Shown: positions 29,086 to 39,874, numbered from the stretch's first letter. The stretch: 64,000 nucleotides of DNA from Akkermansiaceae bacterium (GCA_043729385.1 JAYTLO010000077.1:1305-65304), one strand, 5' to 3'. Notes: generated by a model not told the origin, from the letters alone. Made by a program: numbers and translations.

Positions 29086-29547
29086 TCACGCGATCGAGCG
29101 TGAGGCAATCTCGCGTTTTGTGTGTTCCACGGTTTCCGCCGTCTCCTCGTCCATTGAGGATAGGATGCCCGCTAGATCTGTCGCGATTTCTTTCCGCATG
29201 TGAGCCACAAATTCCACGCCCTTCGGCGTGATGCGCACCATGATCTTCCGCCGGTCCTCCGTAGCATGGGCGCGTTCTACGTAGCCTAATTTCTCGATGC
29301 GATCCACCAAGCCGGTTGCGGCGGCAGTCGAGTGACCCATCTTTCCTGCGATGTCCGTCATCGTCAGATACTCTTCGCTAGAAAGATAAGTCAGCAGGAA
29401 AAATTGGGGATACGACAGATTGCCTCGGTTCAACTCTTTCGAGAGGTTCAGGATGCAGCTGCGTTGCGTGAACAGGACGAAGTCTGCGAGACGGCAGGCA
29501 TCAGCCTTGACCGAAACACTCGGGGTGCTTGATAAGCTCATTTTCAT
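29086..29547 (-). CDS. MarR-family transcriptional regulator
   Basis: LSYPQFFLL, TGLVDRIEKLGYVER and EDRR..VRITPKG motifs. Confidence 0.93.
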   Translation of the reverse strand: MKMSLSSTPSVSVKADACRLADFVLFTQRSCILNLSKELNRGNLSYPQFFLLTYLSSEEYLTMTDIAGKMGHSTAAATGLVDRIEKLGYVERAHATEDRRKIMVRITPKGVEFVAHMRKEIATDLAGILSSMDEETAETVEHTKREIASRSIA

Positions 29548-30041
29548 GGGGGGATGTTGGTGGGGGGGAACCCTCCGCAGGTATGAGGAGGGGAAAGCGA
29601 ATTACTTGCTGACGAGAAGACTCTGGCAGAATTCTGGACACGTAGATATCACGCAATCGCGTGACATTGCGGATCGCTCCCCCGCCTCACACGGCACTGG
29701 TGGAAAATGGCACCAAAGTTTCGGTCGATTTGCGATACATCTCCAAAAATGCGTAGTCTGCAGGAGGCAGGGATGTAGCAGCGCTCTCTCCCCCACGGTG
29801 ATGAAGCGGATCTCAGCTTCGGCGAGGATCCGGCAAGCACTCAGGGCAATCCCTTGTGTTTGAAAGCGAGTCTCTCCCTTCGATCAGATGCAGGTTGCCA
29901 AAAGAATCCCGCAATTTCAAACCCTAACTCCCGGATCCCGCATGCTCCACAGCAATCCGGTTCCACTCCCTTTGCCCTCGCGCATTCCTTGAAATGGCCC
30001 ACCCAGTGGCGCAGAATCTCCGCCATTCCTGAGGACGGGCC

Positions 30042-30073
30042 AAAAAAAACGAGCAGGGCTATTGCCCTGCTCG
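30042..30073 (-). terminator. Rho-independent terminator after the VPDSG-CTERM gene
   Basis: 10-bp stem CGAGCAGGGC/GCCCTGCTCG followed by T8 on the minus strand. Confidence 0.85.
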
Positions 30074-30101
30074 CCATTAACCCATGGAGGTTAGTGATTG
30101 A

Positions 30102-30674
30102 TTACTTTTTAAGCGAAGGGAGGAACCGGCGCATTCCGCCGAGACCGAGAACACCTAAGCCAAGGAGAGCCAAAGTGGCACCACCATCCGGCACTCTCGG
30201 TGCTGGGCTGTTGATCGAATCCCAGCCAAAAGTGGTTCCATTTTGAGTTGCAGTGAAGCTCCAGCTTCCCACCGTAGGGTCGAATCCATCCACAAACGCG
30301 ATTCCAAGACCAGTCAAGGTCAATGAGTTACCTACGTTTTCGTCGATGAACGTGATGGATGTCAGATTGAAAGAGGATGCCGGTGCGCCAGAGGTGGTCA
30401 TCCAGAGTGGGCTGATAGGTCCGACAAAGGGAGAGTAAACAAAACTGTTGTAGTGGACTCCAGACCCCAGAAGTCCGAGATAAGAACCTGTAGGATTGGT
30501 CACGATGGCATTCGTTCCGGCTCCAAAGGTCACCGTATTGGTGCCGTAATTTACGTTGAAGGCATTGTCTGCGAACGAGGAAATATTAATGGTTCCTGTG
30601 ATTGGGAGCGCGTGGGCGGCTCCAGCAACAAGAAGCGAAGTAAGCAAAATTTTGATTCCAGCAGTTGTTTTCAT
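30102..30674 (-). CDS. VPDSG-CTERM (PEP-CTERM variant) exosortase substrate
   Basis: Signal peptide MKTTAG...AHA; Ser/Thr/Asn-rich body; VPDGGAT + TM helix + RR tail. Confidence 0.92.
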   Translation of the reverse strand: MKTTAGIKILLTSLLVAGAAHALPITGTINISSFADNAFNVNYGTNTVTFGAGTNAIVTNPTGSYLGLLGSGVHYNSFVYSPFVGPISPLWMTTSGAPASSFNLTSITFIDENVGNSLTLTGLGIAFVDGFDPTVGSWSFTATQNGTTFGWDSINSPAPRVPDGGATLALLGLGVLGLGGMRRFLPSLKK

Positions 30675-30740
30675 AGGGGTGGTTTGTTTGGAGGTGCTAG
30701 AGCGACTAAGTGGGTGATCGCTCGTTCTGGGGCGACCTTG

Positions 30741-30757
30741 AGCAAATACCATGCCAA
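30741..30757 (-). promoter_or_regulatory. Sigma-54 -24/-12 promoter
   Basis: Minus strand TTGGCATGGTATTTGCT fits TGGCA(C/T)-N5-TTGCW with correct spacing. Confidence 0.8.
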
Positions 30758-30853
30758 CCCGGCCCGGACAATATTTAATTTATTCATTTTAAATAGGTTA
30801 TGAGAAAAATATGGTTTTTAGCTGAATCTGGAATTCGACCCGACAATCCGCAT

Positions 30854-30891
30854 TGTAAAGATTTTGGACAGTGTGTGAGGGAACCTTTACA
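30854..30891. promoter_or_regulatory. Candidate enhancer-binding protein sites (PEP-CTERM box-like)
   Basis: TGTAAAGATTTTGGACA (TGT-N11-ACA) and inverted CTTTACA about 100 bp upstream of the sigma-54 site, separated by an AT-rich tract. Confidence 0.6.
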
Positions 30892-31032
30892 GCGATCCAT
30901 TAGATCGACTTGGGAGGATCACTGTTCTCCTCACTTGTCAAAGCGACATGGAAATCAGAAAGACTGAATAGGAGATCCCAACGGGCTTCCATCTGCCGGA
31001 GCGATCAGCAGAGCGTGCCGCACTCCGGGCTA

Positions 31033-32934
31033 TCAGCCTTCTTTGAGTGCTTCCAGCTCTTCCCAGCGGGTATAGAGCCGTGCGACTTTGGCTTTGGCGG
31101 CGTCTAACCTTTCCACCATTGCTGGGATCTCGGCGAAGCGTTTTGCCTGGAAATCTGGATCGTGGAGGAGTGCTTCGATTCCCTCAGCTTCCTGCTCGAT
31201 GGCGAGGATGGCCGTCTCCATGCCTTCGAGTTCGTTCTTCTCACTGAATGTGAGTTTGCGGCCTTTTTTCGCTGCGGGTGCGGTGCTTGCGGCTTTTTGG
31301 CGGGCCGCGGCATCGCGCGCGGCAGCTTGCGCCAAGGCCCGTTGGGCGGCTTCGCGGGCTTGGCGTTTTTCCAAATAGTAAGAGTAATTTCCTGCCTGCA
31401 CCGCGATGCCGTCGTCCTCGAACGCGATAATCTGATCGCAGATCCGGTCGAGGAAATAGCGGTCATGGGAAACGACGATGACCGAACCGTCGAACACTGC
31501 GAGCGCTTCCTCTAACATCCGCAGCGATGGCAGATCGAGATCGTTGGTCGGCTCGTCGAGGACGATGACGTTGCCGCCATTTTTCAAAACCTTGGCCAAC
31601 ATCAAACGCGCCCGCTCGCCGCCTGATAGAAGATCGACTCGCTCGTTGATCCGCTTGTCGTCGAAAAGGAAACGCCGCAGATAGTTCCGTGCGCCGAGCG
31701 GTTGGTTGCCGAACATCAGCTTCTCGTTGCCGTCGGAAATTTCGTCTAGTAGCGAGCCAGTGCCATCGAGCACCATCCGCGTTTGGTCGATGTAGTTCAC
31801 CTTCACCCGCTTGCCGGTGACGGCGGTGCCTTCGGTCGGCGCGAGCTGGCCGAGACAGAGCTTGAGCAAGGTGGTTTTACCCACGCCATTGCGACCGACG
31901 ATGCCGGTGCAGGTGCCGGGGCGCAGGCTCAATGTAAGATGGCGAAACAACCAGCGTGGCGACTTTTCCGTGCCCACATTCACGCCTGCGCCTTCGAGTT
32001 CGACGACGATGTTGCCCAAGTCCGGCGGCGGCGGGATGAGCAAATCCATTTCCCGTTCCTCGGGCGGCGCTTCGAGGCCTTCGATCTCATAATACTTGTC
32101 CAGCCGGGTGCGCTGCTTGGTGCCACGTGCTTTCACGCCGGATCTAACCCATTCTAACTCCTCGCGCAGGAACCGCTGCCGCCGCCGCTCGGTCTGGCCG
32201 GCGATTTGCTGGCGGATCGCCTTGGATTCGAGGAACGCAGTGTAATTGCCCGGATGAGAAAACGCGCGGCCTTGGTCGATCTCGATGATGCGGGTGGCGA
32301 TCACGTCGAGGAAGTAGCGGTCGTGGGTGACGAAGATCACCGCGCCGGGGAAGCTTTTTAAATACTCCTCGAGCCAGCGGATGGACTCTGCGTCGAGATG
32401 GTTCGTCGGCTCGTCTAGCAGGAGCAAATCCGGCTGGCAGGCAAGCGCGCGGCAGAGAGCGACACGCCGTTTTTCCCCGCCGGAAAGTGGGCCGACCATC
32501 GCGTCTAACGGCGGCGTGCCTAGCGCGGTGGACGCCGCTTTGATCCGAGAGTCGAGGTTCCAGCCGTCCGCATGGTCGATGAGATGAAGGAGGTCGTTGA
32601 GTTCCGCATCGCTGCCTTCGCCATTCTCATAACGGCGGATCGCCTCGACGATATCCGCCGCGCCCGATGCGATGTTTTCCTGCACGGTGAGTTCCGAATC
32701 GAGCTCAAATTCCTGCGGCAAATAGCCCACTCGCAGTGCGCGGCGCAGGGAAATTTCCCCGGAGTCGGCCATCTGCTCGCCGGTTAGAATTTTCAACAAC
32801 GAGGTCTTGCCACAGCCGTTGCGACCGACCATCCCGGCTTTTTCACCGGCGGTGATGGCCAGCGTGACGCCATCCAGCAGCGTTTGATAACCGTAGGTCA
32901 GGCGAATTTCGTTAGCAGAGAGGAGAGCGGACAT
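31033..32934 (-). CDS. ABC-F family ATPase (Uup-like)
   Basis: Two NBDs (GRNGCGKT/LSGGEK and GRNGVGKT/LSGGER), no TM helices, C-terminal coiled coil ending RWEELE. Confidence 0.95.
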   Translation of the reverse strand: MSALLSANEIRLTYGYQTLLDGVTLAITAGEKAGMVGRNGCGKTSLLKILTGEQMADSGEISLRRALRVGYLPQEFELDSELTVQENIASGAADIVEAIRRYENGEGSDAELNDLLHLIDHADGWNLDSRIKAASTALGTPPLDAMVGPLSGGEKRRVALCRALACQPDLLLLDEPTNHLDAESIRWLEEYLKSFPGAVIFVTHDRYFLDVIATRIIEIDQGRAFSHPGNYTAFLESKAIRQQIAGQTERRRQRFLREELEWVRSGVKARGTKQRTRLDKYYEIEGLEAPPEEREMDLLIPPPPDLGNIVVELEGAGVNVGTEKSPRWLFRHLTLSLRPGTCTGIVGRNGVGKTTLLKLCLGQLAPTEGTAVTGKRVKVNYIDQTRMVLDGTGSLLDEISDGNEKLMFGNQPLGARNYLRRFLFDDKRINERVDLLSGGERARLMLAKVLKNGGNVIVLDEPTNDLDLPSLRMLEEALAVFDGSVIVVSHDRYFLDRICDQIIAFEDDGIAVQAGNYSYYLEKRQAREAAQRALAQAAARDAAARQKAASTAPAAKKGRKLTFSEKNELEGMETAILAIEQEAEGIEALLHDPDFQAKRFAEIPAMVERLDAAKAKVARLYTRWEELEALKEG

Positions 32935-33048
32935 GCAGCGGCGCGGATGTGCCCTATCCCGGACCATACGTCCACCCCGGATTGAATTTCGGGGATTCAC
33001 TTCCCGCTTGGAATTTCCGGGATTCCGCTGTTGCTTCGCGGCGAGACG

Positions 33049-33963
33049 ATGCGCTGCTTTTATTCACAAGACTTGGAACTGGATTTACCGGCGGGACATC
33101 CGTTCCCGATGGAGAAATTCCGCGTCTCCAAGGACATGCTGCTCGACGGCGGAATCCTCCGGCCTGAGGAAATCATCGAGGTCCGCGCGGCGGATGTGCA
33201 CCTCCTCCAGCGCGTCCATGAAATGGACTACATCCAGAAAATCAGGTCCGGCCTGCTGGGGCGGAAAGAGCAGCTTCTGCTAGGACTACCGGTCACTCCG
33301 AAGCTCTATCAGCGCAGCGTCACGGAAGTGGAGGCCACTCGCCTCGCCTGCCACGCGGCGCTGGCGGAAGGTGTCGGCGTGTGTCTCGCGGGCGGCACTC
33401 ATCATGCGTTCCGCGAACATGGCGAGGGTTATTGCGTTTTTAATGATGTGGCCATCGCCATCCGCGACCTGCAAGACAAGCAGCCTAACATCAAGATCAT
33501 GGTCGTGGATACCGATGCCCATCAGGGCAATGGCACCGCCGCGCTGCTGGGTGACGATCCGCGGGTTTTCACCTACTCGATCCATGTCGGGAAAAACTAT
33601 CCGACGAGAAAAGTCGTTGGTTCGCTCGATATCGAGACCGTCCGCTACGTCGAGGGAGAGATGTATTTGAAGCAGCTTTTCAGCAGCCTGGCGGGTGCGC
33701 TTGATGCTTTTGCGCCAGATCTGGTGATCTGGATTTCCGGGGCGGACAACCACCGCAACGACCGCTTCGGGCAAATGCATCTTTCGCTCAAAGATATTCA
33801 GCGGCGCGACGAGGTGCTGTTAGGATCGTTCATCAAGAACCGCATCCCAGTGGCCGTGCTCTATGGCGGCGGCTACAACCGGCAGCCAGAATTCACCGCG
33901 AAGCTCCACCGCAACACCATCGCCACGGCCAAGAAGCTCGCCAGCGAGTTCCGCGGACTGTGA
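33049..33963 (+). CDS. Histone deacetylase-family protein
   Basis: HPFPMEKF, GGTHHA, GYCVFND, DTDAHQGNGT and GGGY motifs. Confidence 0.95.
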   Translation: MRCFYSQDLELDLPAGHPFPMEKFRVSKDMLLDGGILRPEEIIEVRAADVHLLQRVHEMDYIQKIRSGLLGRKEQLLLGLPVTPKLYQRSVTEVEATRLACHAALAEGVGVCLAGGTHHAFREHGEGYCVFNDVAIAIRDLQDKQPNIKIMVVDTDAHQGNGTAALLGDDPRVFTYSIHVGKNYPTRKVVGSLDIETVRYVEGEMYLKQLFSSLAGALDAFAPDLVIWISGADNHRNDRFGQMHLSLKDIQRRDEVLLGSFIKNRIPVAVLYGGGYNRQPEFTAKLHRNTIATAKKLASEFRGL

Positions 33964-33978
33964 TTTGGCTCGCTCGCT

Positions 33979-35451
33979 TCAGTTCACGGTGACGTATCCT
34001 TGGCGGTAGAACCGCTTCGGGTCGGTGCCGATGAGTCGGAGGACCAAGCTCGTGCGTGAGCTTGAAATCGAGGTGCTGGATTCGACCGAATAGTGAGTCC
34101 CCTCGACCATCGCAGTCCACGCGGCCAAACTGGTGGATGTGGTCAAGAGCGGCGCGAAATCAACGGCGTTGGGGCGCTGATTGATGGTGAGGAATTTGAA
34201 TCCTCCTGAAAATGACATCGCTGGGTTGCTTAAATTTCCAGCAGCCGAGGGATCGAAGCCCATGGCATATTCTTGGAAATTTGTGACCCCATTGTGGTTG
34301 TCGTCCGCGCCGGGGGCGAGAGATGGGTGAAGCAAGGCGAAGGTGACGACAAACCCTTCATAGGCACCCAGATCCACTGTGGAATTCTGGATACGAGAGG
34401 AGCGCGAGAGGTCAAGCGAGCCGATGGCGGCGAGGTTGTTTCCAAGGTCCAACGCGGGTGAACCGGTGAGCAGACGAAGATTTCCGCCGGAATGAGGGGC
34501 GCTTCCCGCAGCAAGTGCCGAGGCGAATTTGGGGTCGTTTGCGAGCAGGCTGCCGTTTAAATTTCCCGCGCCCCAAGTGACGGCATTTGCGTCGGCGAAG
34601 CTCGTGCTATCTGCGGCTCCTTGGATCAGCGAGTATGAGACGGCAGGGTTGGAGCCATTCGAGTTGGCGAGCTGTTGAGCGGCGGTAGTTGCAGCACTCC
34701 CGGTGATGGTGTTTCCCCAGACGATGCTGTTTTGGATCACGGGGTCCGAGCTGGAATCACTCCGGAAACCGCCACCGGAGTTTCCCTGAACGGAGCAGTT
34801 GGTAAACGTGGGAGAAGTTGTGAAAATGGCGATCCCGCCGCCAAAGGGGCTCGAATTCCCGGCAATCAGGCAGCTCCGAAAAACCGTGGTCAATGACCCA
34901 CCGATGAAGACGCCGCCACCGAAGCCCAGATTGCCAGTGGAACTTCCAGTGATTACACAACGCTCAATGATGGAGGTGACGCCCACGGACAGGTAAATGG
35001 CCCCGCCATTGTAGGTCGCGGAACAGTCGCTAAACGTGCAGTCCGCCATGTTGAGATTTCCGCCCGCCATGAAAATTCCGCCGCCATTCTCACCGATGGC
35101 CTGGCCACTGCGGATTTTAAGATTTTGCAGCGAAAGGTCGGAACCACCGCTGACGGCGAAGATTCGGTTAAGACTATTACCACTCAAGGTCACTCCGGCC
35201 GGGAGGGAAGCTGCATCGATGGTGACCGCAAGATTATCGATCAGGAAATGGCCGCTGGTCAGCGTGATGGTTGCACCGTTGAGGGCTGGATTGAAATTGA
35301 TCGTCTCGCCGTTGACGGCATTGGCGATGGCGTTGCGAAGCGAGCCGGGGCCGGAATCGCTGGTGTTCGTGACGGTGGATCCTAAGAGACTCTGGGCGGA
35401 GCCAAAAATAACGATGGATGCGAGGGTGAGGTAACGTTGGGGGGATTTCAT
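33979..35451 (-). CDS. Secreted right-handed beta-helix protein (choice-of-anchor Q-like) with verrucomicrobial C-terminal domain
   Basis: VTNTSDSGPGSLR, GGGI/GGAI repeats, SPALDLG, VDLGAYE, DDNHNGVTNFQEYAMG and KRFYR. Confidence 0.85.
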   Translation of the reverse strand: MKSPQRYLTLASIVIFGSAQSLLGSTVTNTSDSGPGSLRNAIANAVNGETINFNPALNGATITLTSGHFLIDNLAVTIDAASLPAGVTLSGNSLNRIFAVSGGSDLSLQNLKIRSGQAIGENGGGIFMAGGNLNMADCTFSDCSATYNGGAIYLSVGVTSIIERCVITGSSTGNLGFGGGVFIGGSLTTVFRSCLIAGNSSPFGGGIAIFTTSPTFTNCSVQGNSGGGFRSDSSSDPVIQNSIVWGNTITGSAATTAAQQLANSNGSNPAVSYSLIQGAADSTSFADANAVTWGAGNLNGSLLANDPKFASALAAGSAPHSGGNLRLLTGSPALDLGNNLAAIGSLDLSRSSRIQNSTVDLGAYEGFVVTFALLHPSLAPGADDNHNGVTNFQEYAMGFDPSAAGNLSNPAMSFSGGFKFLTINQRPNAVDFAPLLTTSTSLAAWTAMVEGTHYSVESSTSISSSRTSLVLRLIGTDPKRFYRQGYVTVN

Positions 35452-35682
35452 TTCGAGGCGGACGGTGATTTTAGATATGCTAATAATCAATCCAATTTTT
35501 AAAAAATATAAGGTTATCGGGATCTTAAGGCTGCGAGAAATACAAAAACCCTGAAGTCTGGGTCGGAACGCTGAAGTCAGGTTGCATGAGTGAGAGAAAT
35601 TTGAAGACGCCCGTCAGCATGCCCGGGCCACTCGGGACTCGGGCATTCTGCCCGTAGCTATCAACCGACCAAACGCAGGATA

Positions 35683-38600
35683 TCACTTGGGCACTTCCGG
35701 AGCGTCGAGCTTCGAGAGGGCGGCCTTGGCTTGGGCCACATCTTTGTCCGACAAGCCCGATTTGAGCGCTTCTTCCAAAGTTTCTTGGGCTTTCTCGGGC
35801 TGATTCGAGTTCGCAAGTGACAGGCCGAGAACGAGTAGTTCGTCGGGAGCTAGCGGGCGTTTGGTCGCAAGCTCGGCAAAAAGCTGCGCGGCATATTTGA
35901 AATCGCCTTTGCGGTAAGTGATGACTGCGACAATCCGAGTGAGTTCCTGATCGTCGGGCATGTTGGCACGAGCTTCGCGAGCAAGCGAGAGGGCTTGATC
36001 CAGTTTCGCAGGGTCTTCCATGTAGGATTCAGCGAGGCGGACGCGTGCCGGGTCGAATCGCGGTTGGAGGGTCAGGATTTTTTGATAAATCGCCTCGGGA
36101 CTCTTTCCGGCAGTGGCTTCAAGGAAGCCACGAAGCATGAGCGCGGGAACGTATTCGGGATCCCGGGTCAGTGATGCTTCCACTTCGGTCGCGATTCCTG
36201 GTTTCTTAGCGGCATCGGCCTCAGTGAGGGCTAGAAATTTCTTGGCGTCGTTGGAAACGGATGTGTCAGAGGTGGCTACGCTGGTCATGGCGGTGCGGGC
36301 CTCCGCGATCCGACCCAGACTGTAGGCGGCACGAGCGTAGTCCGAAACGACGGTGGCATTATTTTCAAGGCTGACGGAGGCGTCTTTCAGCAAACCGTAG
36401 GCCTCCTCTTGGGCACCGGTGATCAGCTTCGCAAATCCGAGGGCGGCAAGCACCGCCGGATCGCGGGGTGCGAGTTCGCGGGCTTTGGTGGCAGCCGCGA
36501 GTGCCTTTTCAGGTGATTTCAACGGACCCCCGTAGAGACGAGCTTGACCGACAAGGGCGGAGGGCATTGCCGGGTTCACGGCGAGTGCTTTTTGATAGGT
36601 GTCGAGAGCGTCTTGATGCCGATCACTGCGGACGTGGAGATCCGCAAGCTGCAACCACGACATGATGTCCTTCGGGTTATCGGCGACGCGCTTTTGAAGT
36701 TTTTCCAAGTCAGCAGGCGATGCTTTCCCGGCTTCGCGAAGGAGCGAAAGGTGCTTCTGGGTATCCGCCTTCTCGGGGAAATCGGTGGCGGATTCGAGCG
36801 CCTTGGTGAATGCCGCGGTGGCTTCCTCGGCTTGCCCCATGGAGTAGTGGGCCATGCCGAGATGGTAGAGGACTCCCGGGGTGGTTGCCATTTTCCCCGC
36901 GGCTTCCGTCAGCAAGACCAAGGCTGCGGGATATTTTCCCAGTTGCCACTCGATCCAGCCAAGGGTGTCGGCGATCGCCGGATGGGCGGAGTCGATTGAG
37001 CGGGCCTTGCGGGCGTGAGTGGCTGCGCTCTCGAGATTGTGAAACGCATCGGCTTCGAGGGACGCTAGATTGTTAAAGGCGGATGCGAACCCTGGAGCCT
37101 CCACGGTGAGATCCAAAAACGCAGTGCGAGCTTCCTCGATTTTTCCCACAACCTGCAGCAAGTAGCCCTTCTGGAGGCGGGCTTCCAGATCCTTGGGGAA
37201 GGCTTTCAAATAGCCATCCAAGACAGCCAGCGCCTCCTTTTCCTGACCCGGACTCCCTTTCAGCTGAAGCAGAAGCGCATACGCTTGGGCGTTGTCTGAC
37301 TTCAGTTCGATGGACTTCCTAAGCGACTGCTCCGCGAGCTCGGGCATCTTGAGGTTCATGGCGGTGCCTGCCTTGAAGAGATAGGCGTCCGAGGATTCCG
37401 GGTGGGCGGTGATGTAATCCTCAAGGCGCTTGAGAGCGGCTTCGCCTTTGCCTGCCTTCAGGTCGAGGCTCGCGAGATTGGAGACGGCCTCCAAGCTCCC
37501 GGAAAATGTTTCCACGGAGTTTTCAAAAACAGAGCGCGCTTCGTCGAGTTTGCCTTGGGAACTCAAGAGTTGGCCGAGTTCCACGCGACTCTGGGAATCG
37601 TCCTTGTCGGCAACGGATTTTTCACGAAGGAGGGCGATGGCGTCATCGTTGCGATCCGCAGAGCGGTAGGCACGAATGAGCAGGTCTCGCGTCGCCGTAT
37701 CCTTGGCATCCTTCTGGCGGATCGCCTCAAGTGCGGTGACGGCGTCTGCGATCTTGCCATCGTGCAGCTGGATCATCGCCCGCAGCCTGCCCGCCTCCGT
37801 AAGATCTGGGGAAACGGCGAGAACCCGGTCCAGTGCGACGGCCGCCTTGGTCAGCTTTTCAGCGGCGATGAAACACTTGGCCAAAGCCAAGTCGATCTGA
37901 GGCCGACCCGGCAGGGTATTGGAAATTTTTTCGAGGAGCTCCACAGCTTTTTCCGGCTCTTTGGTCCGGATAAATAGATCGGCCTGCATCAGCGCGGTGG
38001 ACACGTCCATCGGGTTCTTCGAGAGGACTTTGGAAAAATGCCCCGCCGCCGCTTCATCCTTCTTTTCGGTGTACGCGATCTGGCCGAGCAAGGACCAAGC
38101 GGGCAAGAAATCTGGGGTGGCGGTGGTGAGCTTTTCCAAATACGCGACTGAATCATCCCGGCGGTCCGCGGCCATCAGCGCGCGGGCATAGGCGATGGAT
38201 TCATTGGAGCGAAGTCCTGCCGAGTCAGCGGCGATCTTCATTTCGGTGAGAGCCTCAGCGGGCATCTTCTTCGAAGTCAGGATCGAGGCTTTAAGCGCGT
38301 GGGCCCGTGCCGACTTTGGGGTGGATTTGAGAACCTCATCCACCATGGCAGTCCCCTCGTCGATCGAGCCGCGACGGAGCAGAAGCAAGGCAGAGGCGAG
38401 CTTGGAAGCCGCAGATTTCCCGCCGGCCGCTTTGATGCGTTGCTCACATTCCGCCATCCATTCTGGCCGGATCGAGCTTTCTGCTAGGAAAAGCAACGCC
38501 TCGCCGTTGTCGGGAGAACGGTCCAAGATTTCCAGCAGCTCCTTGCGGCTGTCTGGCAGAAAGCCCAAGTTTAGCAGGGCTTTCGCCAAATTAACGGCCA

Positions 38601-38898
38601 CCTCATTGTCCTTCGGCAGCTTGATCTTCGCTTGAGTAAGAATTCCTGCGGCCTCGTAGTTTGCCCCCTGGAGAATGCGGATGATCCCGAGGCGTTTGAT
38701 GGCCTCGGAATTTCCAGGGTCCGCCTTGAGCGCGTTTTTATACTCGATCTCAGCCGCAGAGAACGCCCCTTGGTCGAAGTGTTTCAAAGCGGCTTCCAGC
38801 GAGCGGCCTTTCTTCGCTTCCCGCGTGCAACTCGGCTGCGTGATCGTGAAAAACAAGGCTGCGGCGAATGGCAATACGTGGAGTCTGGCGATTTTCAT
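35683..38898 (-). CDS. Large TPR protein (PrsT-like), possible lipoprotein
   Basis: Many TPRs; AEIEYKNALKADP, FNNLA and PAIADTLGW...LYHLGMA motifs as in PEP-CTERM system PrsT. Confidence 0.8.
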   Translation of the reverse strand: MKIARLHVLPFAAALFFTITQPSCTREAKKGRSLEAALKHFDQGAFSAAEIEYKNALKADPGNSEAIKRLGIIRILQGANYEAAGILTQAKIKLPKDNEVAVNLAKALLNLGFLPDSRKELLEILDRSPDNGEALLFLAESSIRPEWMAECEQRIKAAGGKSAASKLASALLLLRRGSIDEGTAMVDEVLKSTPKSARAHALKASILTSKKMPAEALTEMKIAADSAGLRSNESIAYARALMAADRRDDSVAYLEKLTTATPDFLPAWSLLGQIAYTEKKDEAAAGHFSKVLSKNPMDVSTALMQADLFIRTKEPEKAVELLEKISNTLPGRPQIDLALAKCFIAAEKLTKAAVALDRVLAVSPDLTEAGRLRAMIQLHDGKIADAVTALEAIRQKDAKDTATRDLLIRAYRSADRNDDAIALLREKSVADKDDSQSRVELGQLLSSQGKLDEARSVFENSVETFSGSLEAVSNLASLDLKAGKGEAALKRLEDYITAHPESSDAYLFKAGTAMNLKMPELAEQSLRKSIELKSDNAQAYALLLQLKGSPGQEKEALAVLDGYLKAFPKDLEARLQKGYLLQVVGKIEEARTAFLDLTVEAPGFASAFNNLASLEADAFHNLESAATHARKARSIDSAHPAIADTLGWIEWQLGKYPAALVLLTEAAGKMATTPGVLYHLGMAHYSMGQAEEATAAFTKALESATDFPEKADTQKHLSLLREAGKASPADLEKLQKRVADNPKDIMSWLQLADLHVRSDRHQDALDTYQKALAVNPAMPSALVGQARLYGGPLKSPEKALAAATKARELAPRDPAVLAALGFAKLITGAQEEAYGLLKDASVSLENNATVVSDYARAAYSLGRIAEARTAMTSVATSDTSVSNDAKKFLALTEADAAKKPGIATEVEASLTRDPEYVPALMLRGFLEATAGKSPEAIYQKILTLQPRFDPARVRLAESYMEDPAKLDQALSLAREARANMPDDQELTRIVAVITYRKGDFKYAAQLFAELATKRPLAPDELLVLGLSLANSNQPEKAQETLEEALKSGLSDKDVAQAKAALSKLDAPEVPK

Positions 38899-39040
38899 AG
38901 GCGCTTGATAGAACGAGAACCCACCTAGTGGGTTTTGCAGAAATTGGCGAGGATTACTTGTCGAGTAAGGAATGTTTCTAGCAGAGAGACTTCGGCACAG
39001 CTAGGCATTCCGCGACAAGCGAGTTGTGACGCTCCCGCAG

Positions 39041-39874
39041 TTATTCGGCGGCTGCCACAGCTGGGCCGTAGCCAGCGGAGGGCTTGCCGTCCTTGTCGAG
39101 CTTGTTGCAAGACCACAACAAGCCGCGGGTCACCAGATCGAGGTAGCGGGCGTCGGAAACCGTGGCGTTGTTATGACCGATGGTGGTCGAGAACACGCGG
39201 GTCTTCTTATCTCCATACTCGTTAGTCCAGACGACGACGGTTTCGGTGTCGCCTTGTTTGCCCTTGGCCAATGCCTTGGCGCTGTCGTGAATGTGGATGT
39301 TGTTATAAAGTTCCTCGTTGATGGTGGTCCAGTTTTCAAGACCGGCAGTGATCGGGCTGACGGCAGGGACGTAGGAGATCTCGATAGGCTTCTGCGCACC
39401 GTGGCCACTGGACTGGAGGCCGAGGTAATCGAACCACAGCCCGCCGTCAGTTTCTGATTTAACCGGCGCCTTAATGTCTGCGGACGTGCGGTAAGAATGC
39501 ATCGCGCAATGGAGATTCACGCCCGGCAAGCCCTTGCGATGAGGGGCCAAAATGCGATTGACCATTGCTAGATCCTTGGTGTCTGCCGCGCACTCATTGT
39601 GGATGATCACATCGTAGCCCTCCGCCCAAGTGTCCTTCTCATAACAGGTGAAAACCGGCTTCGTATTGGTGTCCGGGGAATAACAAACATCGACCGTGAT
39701 ATTGGCCCGAGCCTCGATCCCAGCCTCCAAGATGTCCTTCTGCGTCTTGTAATCATGGCAGCAGCCGCCGAGCACCAGCAGAGCTTTGAGCGGTTTAGCA
39801 TCAGGCGCAGCGGAAGCGGACAAGGTCATCGCCGCAGCGATGAAGGGAAGGAGCAATAAAGAGGTTTTTTTCAT
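39041..39874 (-). CDS. Secreted ThuA-like (GATase fold) protein
   Basis: GGCCHDY, LHCAMHSYR, EELY, RVFSTTIGHN and RGLLW motifs. Confidence 0.88.
   Translation of the reverse strand: MKKTSLLLLPFIAAAMTLSASAAPDAKPLKALLVLGGCCHDYKTQKDILEAGIEARANITVDVCYSPDTNTKPVFTCYEKDTWAEGYDVIIHNECAADTKDLAMVNRILAPHRKGLPGVNLHCAMHSYRTSADIKAPVKSETDGGLWFDYLGLQSSGHGAQKPIEISYVPAVSPITAGLENWTTINEELYNNIHIHDSAKALAKGKQGDTETVVVWTNEYGDKKTRVFSTTIGHNNATVSDARYLDLVTRGLLWSCNKLDKDGKPSAGYGPAVAAAE

Noticed and set aside
29548-30041. About 500-nt gap upstream of marR with several short ORFs
   Set aside because: No recognisable protein motif, RNA family or repeat that I could support.
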